Of a DNA stretch of 64,000 nt, positions 10,115 to 19,134 are shown in pieces. Both the position numbers and the translations under genes were made by a program. The stretch comes from Gammaproteobacteria bacterium. GTDB taxonomy: Bacteria; Pseudomonadota; Gammaproteobacteria; UBA4575. Under the pieces are notes generated by a model. The model saw only the letters and a program-made list of their open reading frames with translations. It ran no database searches and was not told the origin of the DNA. Numbering within the stretch: position 1 is the stretch's first letter; each line of letters starts with the position of its first letter. Location: the NCBI GenBank assembly GCA_965243395.1, contig CBDEUS010000001.1, positions 544,001-608,000 of the forward strand. Direction: 5' to 3'.

Positions 10115-11023
10115 ATGTCTAGACGCCGAAGTAAGGGCCGTGATTTAAACGGCTTATTACTATTGGATAAATCTTCCGGCGAATCCTCAAATCGTGCATT
10201 ACAAAAAGTTAAAGCTCTATTTAATGCTAATAAAGCGGGCCATACTGGAACTTTGGACCCATTAGCAACAGGTTTATTAATTATTTGCTTTGGTCGCGCA
10301 ACAAAAATTTCTGATTTTCTATTGAACGCCGATAAACAATATCTAGTTACATTTAAACTTGGTATTAAAACTTCTTCAGGAGATATCGATGGTGAAGTAT
10401 TAGAGCAATGCGATACATCATCAATCACTCAAGAACAAATCAAGCAAGCGGCTGCAAAATTAACGGGTGATATAGAACAGACGCCACCAATGATTTCAGC
10501 CTTAAAACACCAAGGGAAAAGGTTATATGAATTAGCGCGTAAAGGTATTGTTGTGGACCGAAATCCTAGAAATGTAACGATTCATAATTTTGATCTCATT
10601 GATCGGCAGCAAGATTATGTCACTATGAATGTAACGTGTTCCAAAGGGACTTATGTTAGAACGTTGGTAGAAGATCTTGGGGAAATATTAGCTTGTGGAG
10701 CCCATGTCACAGCATTAAGACGTACAGCATTAGGGCCATTTATCGACCCGGCTATGTATAAAATAGATGAAATTGAGCAGTTAGCTAAAAAGGGAGAATG
10801 TTCGTTAGACAAAGTTTTATTGCCTACAGAGGAAGCTATAAAAGAGTATCCCGCAGTATCTATTGATGATGCAATGATACTAGATATTGAGCATGGAAGA
10901 CCCATTCAAATAGTTGAACTGTCTATGCATAAGAAGGTGAGGGTTTATGATGAGGAAATGCAGTTTTATGGAGTTGCAAGTTTAAATGAGCAAGGAAAAA
11001 CAGCAGTGAAAAGATTGAATTAG
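10115..11023 (+). CDS. truB: tRNA pseudouridine(55) synthase
   Basis: KAGHTGTLDPLATG and CSKGTYVRTL motifs. Confidence 0.97.
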   Translation: MSRRRSKGRDLNGLLLLDKSSGESSNRALQKVKALFNANKAGHTGTLDPLATGLLIICFGRATKISDFLLNADKQYLVTFKLGIKTSSGDIDGEVLEQCDTSSITQEQIKQAAAKLTGDIEQTPPMISALKHQGKRLYELARKGIVVDRNPRNVTIHNFDLIDRQQDYVTMNVTCSKGTYVRTLVEDLGEILACGAHVTALRRTALGPFIDPAMYKIDEIEQLAKKGECSLDKVLLPTEEAIKEYPAVSIDDAMILDIEHGRPIQIVELSMHKKVRVYDEEMQFYGVASLNEQGKTAVKRLN

Positions 11024-11083
11024 TGTTCTCAGTACCCCTTTCAGAATAGGTACTTATGTGATTTATCTGGCAAGATATTTCGC

Positions 11084-11117
11084 TTGTTCACAGGGGCTTA
11101 CATGGTAGAATCGCCCC
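11084..11117 (+). promoter_or_regulatory. rpsO promoter (extended -10, GC-rich discriminator)
   Basis: TTGTTC-16 nt-TAGAAT with upstream TG, followed by CGCCCC. Confidence 0.5.
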
Positions 11118-11182
11118 TCAAATTGTAGGCAGTATTGCAAATAGCAGGATTAAGGATAGTAAAGATAGGGCAAGAAAATAAG

Positions 11183-11452
11183 ATGACTATATCAGCAGAA
11201 GACAGAGCAGAAATTGTAAAGAAATATCAGCGTGACAGTAACGACACGGGATCCCCAGAAGTACAAGTGGCACTTTTATCAGCACGTATCACGCATTTAA
11301 GTGATCACTTTGATAAGCATAAAAAAGATCATCATTCGCGACATGGTTTATTGAAAATGGTAAATCACCGCCGCAAGCTTCTTGATTATTTGCGCTCAAA
11401 AGATCAAAAGCGTTATCAAGATTTAATCAGTTCTTTAGGGTTAAGACGCTAA
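11183..11452 (+). CDS. rpsO: 30S ribosomal protein S15
   Basis: [22 protein letters not shown]; ATG 11183 gives the typical 89 aa. Confidence 0.98.
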   Translation: MTISAEDRAEIVKKYQRDSNDTGSPEVQVALLSARITHLSDHFDKHKKDHHSRHGLLKMVNHRRKLLDYLRSKDQKRYQDLISSLGLRR

Positions 11453-11596
11453 TACTTCGCTCTCTTTATTAAGAGCGTTGATAGTGGTCTTTTCCTTTAT
11501 GTATTCAACCAACGACATGCATTACATTTCATGGACACATGAGAGTGTCATATGAAATTTTGCCCGATGAAAATTTAAATAAATTGGAAAGTAACA

Positions 11597-13690
11597 GTGA
11601 GTAAAATTACAAAGACATTTGCATATGGAGAACACCAAGTCACTTTGGAAACAGGTGAAATCGCAAGGCAGGCTGATGGGGCTGTGATGGTAGATATGGG
11701 CGGTACAACTGTAATGGTTACTGCTGTAGGGCAAAAAGAAGCTGAACTTGGTCGTGATTTTTTTCCGTTAACCGTGAACTATCAAGAAAAAACTTATGCG
11801 GCTGGAAAAATTCCAGGTGGTTTCTTTAAACGTGAGGGACGCCCAACAGAAAAAGAAACCTTAACTTGTCGTTTAATTGATCGTCCGATCCGTCCCATGT
11901 TTCCTAAAGACTTTGTCAATGAAGTACAAATCATTGCAAATGTAATGTCTATGAACACCGATATAGACCCTGATATACCAGCCATGATTGGCGCATCTGC
12001 TGCGTTGTCGATTTCAGGTATACCTTTTAATGGCCCAATGGGTGCCGCACGTGTGGGTTATATCGATGGAAATTATGTTTTAAATCCAAGTTACTCACAA
12101 TTAAAAAATTCGCGTTTGGATTTAGTTGTCGCGGGAACACAAAGTGCGGTGTTAATGGTGGAATCAGAAGCAGACATTCTTCCTGAAGACGTAATGTTAG
12201 GTGCGGTCATGTTTGGTCATGAAAATTTACAAACTGCAATTAGTGCAATTAGTGAGTTTGCAGCAGATGTAAATACACCTGCGTGGGATTGGGAAGCTCC
12301 CGAGGAAGATAAGTCGTTAACCGAAAAAGTCAATCAAGCTTGCTCCGCGCAATTAGGTGAGGCATATCAAATTGCTGAAAAACTTACGCGGCAGGGAAAA
12401 GTAGGCGAAATTCGAAATGCTGCTGTTGAATCTATTGCTATAAAAGATGAGCAAGGAGAGGAAAAAGGTCCATCCGAAGCTGAAGTATTGGCAGCATTTA
12501 AAAAAGAAGAAAAGAAAATCGTACGTGGTCGTATCCTTGCTGGTGAAAAACGAATTGATGGTCGAGAAAAAAATGCAGTAAGACCCATCTCAGTTCGTAC
12601 AGGCGTATTACCACGAACACATGGAAGTGCATTGTTCACCCGCGGAGAAACACAAGCATTAGTGGTAACGACTTTAGGTACAGGTAGAGATGCTCAAATC
12701 ATTGATGCTATAGAGGGAGAGTATAAAGACAACTTCATGCTGCATTATAATTTTCCACCATTCTGTGTTGGCGAAACAGGTTTTGTGGGATCACCAAAAC
12801 GCCGTGAAATCGGTCATGGAAAGTTAGCAAAACGGGGAATACAGGCGGTTGTTCCTAATGAAGAAGAATTTCCCTATGTAATCAGAGTAGTTTCTGAAAT
12901 TACTGAATCCAATGGATCAAGTTCAATGGCGAGTGTTTGCGGTACGAGTTTGTCATTAATGGATGCTGGTGTACCTCTTAAGGCTCCTGTCGCGGGTATC
13001 GCAATGGGCTTAATCAAAGATGGTGATGAATTTGCTGTACTAAGTGATATTTTAGGTGATGAAGATCATTTAGGTGATATGGACTTCAAAGTTGCAGGCA
13101 CAACTGAAGGTGTAACAGCACTGCAAATGGATATCAAAATTGAAGGAATCACAAAAGAAATCATGGATCAGGCACTGACGCAAGCAAAAGAAGGGCGTTT
13201 ACATATTCTCGGTGAAATGGCAAAAGATATTTCATCTGCACGTGAAGAAATGTCTGAATATGCTCCTCGGTTTACAGTATTAAAAATCAACCCGGACAAG
13301 ATTCGTGACGTTATTGGCAAAGGTGGTGCAACCATTCGTCAGCTTACCGAAGAAACCGGCACAACGATCGACATTGACGATGACGGCAATGTAAAAATTG
13401 CCTCGGTTGATAAAGCTGCCGGAGATGATGCAAAGAAACGCATCGAAGACATTACTGCAGACGTTGAAGTGGGTAAAACGTATGAAGGTAAAGTAGTTAA
13501 GATTATGGATTTTGGTGCATTTGTAAGTGTTCTACCTGGAAAAGATGGGTTGGTTCATATTTCACAAATCTCACACGAACGTGTTGAAAATGTTACGGAT
13601 GAATTAGCAGAAGGTGACATCATTAAAGTCAAAGTGCTAGAAATAGATAAACAAGGACGTATTCGACTCAGTATGAAAGCAGTAGAATAA
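11597..13690 (+). CDS. pnp: polyribonucleotide nucleotidyltransferase
   Basis: [41 protein letters not shown] and S1 domains. Confidence 0.99.
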   Translation: MSKITKTFAYGEHQVTLETGEIARQADGAVMVDMGGTTVMVTAVGQKEAELGRDFFPLTVNYQEKTYAAGKIPGGFFKREGRPTEKETLTCRLIDRPIRPMFPKDFVNEVQIIANVMSMNTDIDPDIPAMIGASAALSISGIPFNGPMGAARVGYIDGNYVLNPSYSQLKNSRLDLVVAGTQSAVLMVESEADILPEDVMLGAVMFGHENLQTAISAISEFAADVNTPAWDWEAPEEDKSLTEKVNQACSAQLGEAYQIAEKLTRQGKVGEIRNAAVESIAIKDEQGEEKGPSEAEVLAAFKKEEKKIVRGRILAGEKRIDGREKNAVRPISVRTGVLPRTHGSALFTRGETQALVVTTLGTGRDAQIIDAIEGEYKDNFMLHYNFPPFCVGETGFVGSPKRREIGHGKLAKRGIQAVVPNEEEFPYVIRVVSEITESNGSSSMASVCGTSLSLMDAGVPLKAPVAGIAMGLIKDGDEFAVLSDILGDEDHLGDMDFKVAGTTEGVTALQMDIKIEGITKEIMDQALTQAKEGRLHILGEMAKDISSAREEMSEYAPRFTVLKINPDKIRDVIGKGGATIRQLTEETGTTIDIDDDGNVKIASVDKAAGDDAKKRIEDITADVEVGKTYEGKVVKIMDFGAFVSVLPGKDGLVHISQISHERVENVTDELAEGDIIKVKVLEIDKQGRIRLSMKAVE

Positions 13691-13711
13691 AAATTTATTA
13701 CTGCAAAAATT

Positions 13712-13739
13712 AAAAAGGGCGCATATTGCGCCTTTTTTT
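13712..13739 (+). terminator. intrinsic terminator after pnp
   Basis: AAAAAG-GGCGCA-TAT-TGCGCC-TTTTTTT. Confidence 0.85.
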
Positions 13740-13811
13740 ATGTCCGATTTCGGACTTAAGTTACTACTTACACTATGTAAGAAATTAGTTTTGTGAAATT
13801 GATTCACATTA

Positions 13812-14210
13812 ATGTTGCGTCAAACCGATTGGAGTCAATATGATTTGCCAAATGGTGCTGAGGAAAAAATAAAATCTGTTTTCTCGCTTGCAGGTTTGTT
13901 TGATATTCGCTTTTTGTTAGATAGCTTTATCAATGACGAAATAAATATGACACTTAAATCCGCAGAAGCTGTAAGTCCTCAATTGCTCGCAAAACCAAAA
14001 AATGATTTATGTCCTCTACACTTAATTTTGCCTGAATATGATACTGCTGAATTTTTTAGGCAAACAAAACAGTATCAGGATAAATTGCTGGAAGAAAAAC
14101 AAACATGTCATTTGAAAGTAGTGCATGAGAAAGATCATCTGACAATCATTGAACATTTAATCAATGATGATGACGAGCTATTAAATTACATATTGAAACA
14201 TATGGGGTAA
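13812..14210 (+). pseudogene. 5'-truncated alpha/beta-hydrolase (arylformamidase-like) remnant
   Basis: TDW..Y.LP, SLAGLFD, SP, EF.RQ and DH.TII match the C-terminal half of the family; HGG and GxSxG are missing; in-frame TGA at 13800-13802. Confidence 0.55.
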
Positions 14211-14216
14211 GAATTT

Positions 14217-14597
14217 ATGGAACATTCCACTATTTTAGATGCTGTAAAAAAAGCTTCTGAGTCATGGCAGGCTAATTTCAATGCGGGTGATGCTGCGGGG
14301 TGCACGAGTCATTATGAGGAAGATGCCATTATGAAGGTTAAGCCATTTGGTACATTTAAAGGTCATGATCAAATCATGGCGTTTTGGCAAAAAATTATTG
14401 AGGATGGTTTTACTGAAGTCGAATATATAGATCCACAATACGAAGTACTTGATGATACAAGTGCAGTGCTCAATTCTGGATGGCGTATGAATAAAGCTTC
14501 TGGAGTGATTACCAAAGAGCTTTGGGTTATTCAAGATAATGGCACAGTCAAATTGCGTGAAGATGATTTCGAAATAACTAATACAAAAGATAAATAA
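14217..14597 (+). CDS. NTF2/SnoaL-like (YybH/DUF4440-type) protein
   Basis: W...FNAGDA.G....YEEDA, G...I..FW pattern; 126 aa. Confidence 0.7.
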   Translation: MEHSTILDAVKKASESWQANFNAGDAAGCTSHYEEDAIMKVKPFGTFKGHDQIMAFWQKIIEDGFTEVEYIDPQYEVLDDTSAVLNSGWRMNKASGVITKELWVIQDNGTVKLREDDFEITNTKDK

Positions 14598-14648
14598 TAC
14601 TGGTCTTAGTATTGGCTGTTAGCAAATATTTAGTTCAAAATACACTTC

Positions 14649-15059
14649 ATGAGTGACAAACAAAAAATTAATAAAACAGACGAAGAATGGCGTAAGGAAC
14701 TAACGCCGGAGCAGTTTTATATTTGTAGACAAAAAGGAACAGAGTCTGCATTCAGTGGCAAATTTAATGCGCATAAAGAAAATGGTAGGTATGTTTGCGT
14801 TGCATGTAAAACACCATTATTCAATTCGGACCACAAGTTTGATTCAGGTTCTGGTTGGCCAAGTTTTTTTCAACCATTGAATAAAGAATGCATTCAAGAA
14901 GAGTTTGATGAATCATTTGGCATGCGTAGAACCGAGGTGATGTGTAATGTTTGTGGTGCACATTTAGGGCATGTATTTGAAGATGGGCCGCAGCCCACTG
15001 GCCTCAGATATTGCATTAATTCCATTGCCCTGGACTTTGATCCTGAAAAAAACATTTAA
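14649..15059 (+). CDS. msrB: peptide-methionine (R)-S-oxide reductase
   Basis: KFDSGSGWPSF, two CxxC, HLGHVFEDGP, RYCINS. Confidence 0.97.
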   Translation: MSDKQKINKTDEEWRKELTPEQFYICRQKGTESAFSGKFNAHKENGRYVCVACKTPLFNSDHKFDSGSGWPSFFQPLNKECIQEEFDESFGMRRTEVMCNVCGAHLGHVFEDGPQPTGLRYCINSIALDFDPEKNI

Positions 15060-15112
15060 TCCTAGCCTAGATTTGTACAATCCAAATACCAAGATTGCCT
15101 GTCCAAGTGACG

Positions 15113-15132
15113 TGGTGGAGGCGGGGTGAATT
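15113..15132 (-). other. isolated tmRNA-like 3'-end fragment (possible att scar)
   Basis: Minus strand AATTCACCCCGCCTCCACCA resembles the T-arm/acceptor 3' end of ssrA (..CGCCTCC-A-CCA); no rest of the gene nearby. Confidence 0.45.
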
Positions 15133-15377
15133 ATATTTATCTTCAATAAGTTACTTGCTGGACTCCGAGTTCGCTCGAGCTAGTTTTGATTTGGAGCCTT
15201 TTTTGATATCAGGCTCAAAATTGTTGAACCTATGCTACAAAAACACCCATTACGAATGTTATAATTTTCTTAAATATCAGTATGCTGGCTCAATAAAATA
15301 ATAAGTGCTTCATACTCGATAACGAATATCGTAACCCTATTTTTCTATAATCTACTTTCTTCTTGATGGAGGTAAAC

Positions 15378-16526
15378 ATGAAGAAACTATTAATCAACGC
15401 GCGCTATTTTTTAGCCCCGTTTTTAATATTAGCGAGTTTATTCGGTGTATTAGCGGGGGGTCCATGGGTATGGACCGGCGTATTACTACTGGGACTGGGT
15501 ATCATCATAGACACCCTGACAACAGCACAAACACCCGGCGCGGGATTTGACGAAAACGGCGACACCAACGGCATCGTGCCCTTACTGAATGGCACCATGT
15601 ACGGCATGCTGGCGGTATTTGTCCTTTTGCAACTGGCCCTTGCCTGGCGCATCTGGCAATACACCAACGGCGTCCCTGTTGTACCGGGGGGTGAAACCAT
15701 CCTGGGCCTTGCGGTTCAAGACGGCATCACCGGCAGCCAACTTGTAGGCGCAGTACTATCCACCGGCATCTTTGCCGGCATCGGCATCATCTACGGACAC
15801 GAACTGGCGCACACCAAAGGCTTCAGCTTCGTGATTGCGCGCTGGATGATGGCATTAAGTGGCAAAGCCCACTTCTGCTACGCGCACGTATACAACCACC
15901 ACCTAGAACTCGGTCACCAAGACGACCCAGCGACCGCGCCACGCGGGCGCAGCATGTACGCCCACTACCCACTATCCGGGTTGGGGCAAAGCAAATTCCT
16001 CTTCATGATGGAAAAACAACGTCTTGAAAGACTAGGAGTACCCTTCCTATCCTGGCAAAACCGCTGGATCCGAGGCTACTTCATGGCATTGCCAACCGTA
16101 CTTCTGTTCTGGTTCGTAGGCGGCTGGCTTGGCATGCTCTGCTTAGCGGGCGTATGGCTGATCTCCAACTTCGAACTCGAAGTCCTCAACTACCTTGAGC
16201 ACTACGGATTGATTCGCGAGAAAGGCCAACCGATTGACTACCGTCATAGCTGGGACAACTCCACCGCGTTTACCAGCTGGTTCTTTATCGAGATTGGTCG
16301 CCAGGCCGACCATCACGATCGCGGCGAGACCCACTTTTGGGAACTCGACGAAGTGGGTGCACCGAACTGCGGACGCGGCTACTTCACCCTGTTTGCATTA
16401 GGCTTATTGCCACCGGTGTTTCATGCCTACATGAAGCAACAGTTGGCGAAGTGGGATGACGAGATGGCCTCTGAGGGCGAACTTAAGATCGCGGACCAGA
16501 TGAATAAACAGGCCGGGTACGCTTAA
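15378..16526 (+). CDS. integral-membrane non-heme di-iron monooxygenase (AlkB/XylM family)
   Basis: His boxes HELAH, HVYNHH, NYLEHYG, QADHH; XylM-like C-terminus (KWD..ASEGE...A...N..AG); GGAGG RBS before ATG 15378. Confidence 0.9.
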   Translation: MKKLLINARYFLAPFLILASLFGVLAGGPWVWTGVLLLGLGIIIDTLTTAQTPGAGFDENGDTNGIVPLLNGTMYGMLAVFVLLQLALAWRIWQYTNGVPVVPGGETILGLAVQDGITGSQLVGAVLSTGIFAGIGIIYGHELAHTKGFSFVIARWMMALSGKAHFCYAHVYNHHLELGHQDDPATAPRGRSMYAHYPLSGLGQSKFLFMMEKQRLERLGVPFLSWQNRWIRGYFMALPTVLLFWFVGGWLGMLCLAGVWLISNFELEVLNYLEHYGLIREKGQPIDYRHSWDNSTAFTSWFFIEIGRQADHHDRGETHFWELDEVGAPNCGRGYFTLFALGLLPPVFHAYMKQQLAKWDDEMASEGELKIADQMNKQAGYA

Positions 16527-16550
16527 TTCGTACTCCAAGTTTAAGTTGCG

Positions 16551-16598
16551 TGCTTAGTTCACCTGTTCAAAATTTGGGCAGGTGAGGTGAGCATTTTT
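16551..16598 (+). terminator. long hairpin plus T-run after the monooxygenase gene (attenuator or mRNA-stabilising stem)
   Basis: TGCTTA..TCACCTGTTCAAA-A-TTTGGGCAGGTGA..TGAGCA-TTTTT. Confidence 0.6.
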
Positions 16599-16674
16599 AG
16601 TCAAAAAGCTATTAAAATCTGAAAAAAAACGGCAAACTATAGCCATATAATTAAGTAGAACAGGAGTTCCAACA

Positions 16675-16854
16675 ATGAAAGTAACTTATGATGCAGACAC
16701 ATGCAGTCATGCAGGAGAGTGTGTAAAAGGTTCACCCACAGTATTTAAAGTAGAAGACGGTCAATTTGTAATTGATACTGACGCTGCGCCGGAAGCAGAA
16801 ATTCGTGAAACTGTTTCTAAGTGCCCATCAGGTGCTTTAAAAATAGAAGGTTAG
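16675..16854 (+). CDS. 59-aa divergent mono-cluster Fe-S ferredoxin (Fer4_19/YjdI-like); not in the ORF track
   Basis: Manual translation MKVTYDADTCSHAGECVKGSPTVFKVEDGQFVIDTDAAPEAEIRETVSKCPSGALKIEG*; CxHxGxC...CPSGAL; AGGAG RBS. Confidence 0.88.
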   Translation: MKVTYDADTCSHAGECVKGSPTVFKVEDGQFVIDTDAAPEAEIRETVSKCPSGALKIEG

Positions 16855-17007
16855 ACTGATAAGAATCAGTTTTAGAGTTTTACTTTAGTGCTGATTAACA
16901 CTAAAGTTTTAAATAAATAAAAATGAATGGTTGAGGAGTGTTTTTTACAGAGCACACTTAACATTGTTTAAAATTATCCTAATGAAGTTTGTCAATTAGG
17001 GGGAGAT

Positions 17008-17661
17008 ATGATTGGAGATCAACTAAGAACAAAAATGATTTTGAGCGGACATCCAAGTTGTCCAAACACAGGAAAATGTTTACAAACTGCTGGTGAAAAA
17101 GGTGTTGATGTAGAAACCGTGGTGATCAGCGGAATGGATGACAGTGATTTTCTAGCAAAATCTCCTTATGGCATCGGTCCTGTACTACAAGATATTGACT
17201 TTATTGTTTATGGGACAACTGCTGTGATGTCATATCTTGATGATAAAGGCTTTGGCCCATCTCTTGTTCCACGGAATGGCGTACATCGAGCAGTGATGTA
17301 TCAATGGGCTGGTATAGCAACTGAAAAAGTTCAGGCCATGATGGGAGATAACATGGATAAAGATGGACTTGGTACGTTGTTTGACGGTTTAGAAGCACAA
17401 GTTAAAAATCCACCTAAGAAAGGTGATTTTATTTGTGGTGATTTTTCATTGGCTGATATTCACTGGGCTGCTTGCTGTAACTTACTAGAGCACTCTGGTG
17501 CTGGTGATTTAATAAGTTCTCGCTCCGGTGTTAGTGCCTGGTATGACAAAGTAAAATCGCACCCATCAACTAGTAAAGAAAAGCTTGAGCCATACAGCTG
17601 CTTGCCAACTGCAAGTGATGTAAGTTCTGGTACTTTGCGAGATATTTCAATAAACGTTTAG
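17008..17661 (+). CDS. glutathione S-transferase family protein
   Basis: N-terminal CP, EKG, SP.G..PVL, YLD; C-terminal GDFSLADI N-cap motif. Confidence 0.85.
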   Translation: MIGDQLRTKMILSGHPSCPNTGKCLQTAGEKGVDVETVVISGMDDSDFLAKSPYGIGPVLQDIDFIVYGTTAVMSYLDDKGFGPSLVPRNGVHRAVMYQWAGIATEKVQAMMGDNMDKDGLGTLFDGLEAQVKNPPKKGDFICGDFSLADIHWAACCNLLEHSGAGDLISSRSGVSAWYDKVKSHPSTSKEKLEPYSCLPTASDVSSGTLRDISINV

Positions 17662-17732
17662 AAAATATTTCTTTTTTAAACACATACAAGCGTTCTCAAT
17701 ACTGGAAAGGACGCCAGTGAGTACTCGAAATC

Positions 17733-18812
17733 ATGTTTGGACTATTCGGCGGTAATAAAGACTGGCATGCAACCATCAATGCTGGTGAGCACACTATCAC
17801 GGTTAAAGCCGGTGACAATTTATTAAATGCTGCACTTGAGGCAGGTATACCTTGGCCTCATGATTGCCGTGTAGGGAGTTGCAGTACCTGTCAGTGCACA
17901 CTGAAAAGTGGCAAAATCAAAGCATTAACTGATTTTTCTTATGTGTTAGATCCTGACCAACTTAAAAGTGGCAGGATATTGGCATGTCAAACACGTTTAA
18001 AAACTGATGTAGAAATTGAGGTAGAGCTCAGTGATGCTCCTGCAGTTGAGCTTAAATCCTATGACGGCAAAATTATCAGTGCCAAAAACCTTACCCATGA
18101 CATTAAAGAATTAGTGATTAAATGTGATGGTGATGTTGATCACTCAGGAATGGCGGGACAATATTCAGAAGTAAAAATTGAATCAATTGAGGAACCTCGA
18201 TCCTATTCTTATGCAAAGGCTCCAAAGCAAGAGAAGCCAGGCGAGTTTACTTTTTATGTGCGTTTGGTGCCGAATGGTAAATTCACCGAGTGGCTATTTG
18301 CGGAAGATAGGGTGGGTGAAAGCGTTAAACTAACAGGACCGTATGGGCAATTTTATCGTCGTGAAGAAGACTCAACGATGGTTTGTATTGCTGGTGGAAG
18401 TGGGATGAGTGCGATTAAGGCAATATTGGAGGACTCTGCAGCACAGCAAATTAAGCGCGATTGTCTATATTTGTTTGGCGCACGTACCCAAGATGATCTT
18501 TATTGTATAGATGATATGGCTACCATTGGTACCAAGTGGAATAAAGATAATTCCTTTGAATTTGTACCAGTACTTAATATGGAACCAGAAGACAGTAATT
18601 GGGACGGTGCGAGGGGCTTGGTAACAGATTATTTGAAGTCAGCCTATGTGGATACTGGTAAAATAAACATGGGTAAGTCCCAAGGTTATTTATGTGGTCC
18701 ACCACCGATGATTGATGCGGCAATTGATGTAATGGTGGACCAGGGAATGAATAAAGAGAACATATTCTTTGATAAGTTCTTGGATGCGAGTTCAATGCCC
18801 GGAGGGCGTTAG
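17733..18812 (+). CDS. 2Fe-2S ferredoxin/FAD-NAD(P)H reductase (XylA-like monooxygenase electron-transfer component)
   Basis: CRVGSCSTC...C plant-type 2Fe-2S, RSYS, GPYG, IAGGSG, YLCGPPPM. Confidence 0.92.
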   Translation: MFGLFGGNKDWHATINAGEHTITVKAGDNLLNAALEAGIPWPHDCRVGSCSTCQCTLKSGKIKALTDFSYVLDPDQLKSGRILACQTRLKTDVEIEVELSDAPAVELKSYDGKIISAKNLTHDIKELVIKCDGDVDHSGMAGQYSEVKIESIEEPRSYSYAKAPKQEKPGEFTFYVRLVPNGKFTEWLFAEDRVGESVKLTGPYGQFYRREEDSTMVCIAGGSGMSAIKAILEDSAAQQIKRDCLYLFGARTQDDLYCIDDMATIGTKWNKDNSFEFVPVLNMEPEDSNWDGARGLVTDYLKSAYVDTGKINMGKSQGYLCGPPPMIDAAIDVMVDQGMNKENIFFDKFLDASSMPGGR

Positions 18813-18843
18813 GTATATTTATAAAGAGTATTAGGAGACGGTT

Positions 18844-19071
18844 ATGCGTACATTACAAGCATTAGGAGTAATGGCACTTTGGACCATTGCATTTTTAGGA
18901 ATTATGAACTGGCTTAATGTTGGCGCGCACAATAGAGAATGGTATTGGGCGCTTGGTACAGCACTGATGTTCATAATTATGATCATAGGTAATTTCTGGA
19001 TCTTTTTTGCAATTGGTAAAGAAGAACCATGGGATTGGGTCAAAAATAAAGAAAGTGGTGGTGAAGAATAG
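18844..19071 (+). CDS. small two-TM membrane protein of unknown function
   Basis: AGGAG RBS, two hydrophobic helices, last gene before the terminator. Confidence 0.7.
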   Translation: MRTLQALGVMALWTIAFLGIMNWLNVGAHNREWYWALGTALMFIIMIIGNFWIFFAIGKEEPWDWVKNKESGGEE

Positions 19072-19098
19072 TATTCACTATATTTTCAAGTTGAAAAT

Positions 19099-19134
19099 AA
19101 AAAAGGCTGCAATACTAAATGCGGCCTTTTTTTT
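19099..19134. terminator. bidirectional terminator between the monooxygenase operon and gluQ
   Basis: AAAAAA-GGCTGCA-loop-TGCGGCC-T-run. Confidence 0.8.

Noticed and set aside
15095-15301. 68-aa ORF upstream of the monooxygenase
   Set aside because: TTG start, no RBS or motif; it spans the tmRNA-like fragment and hairpins of the promoter region.
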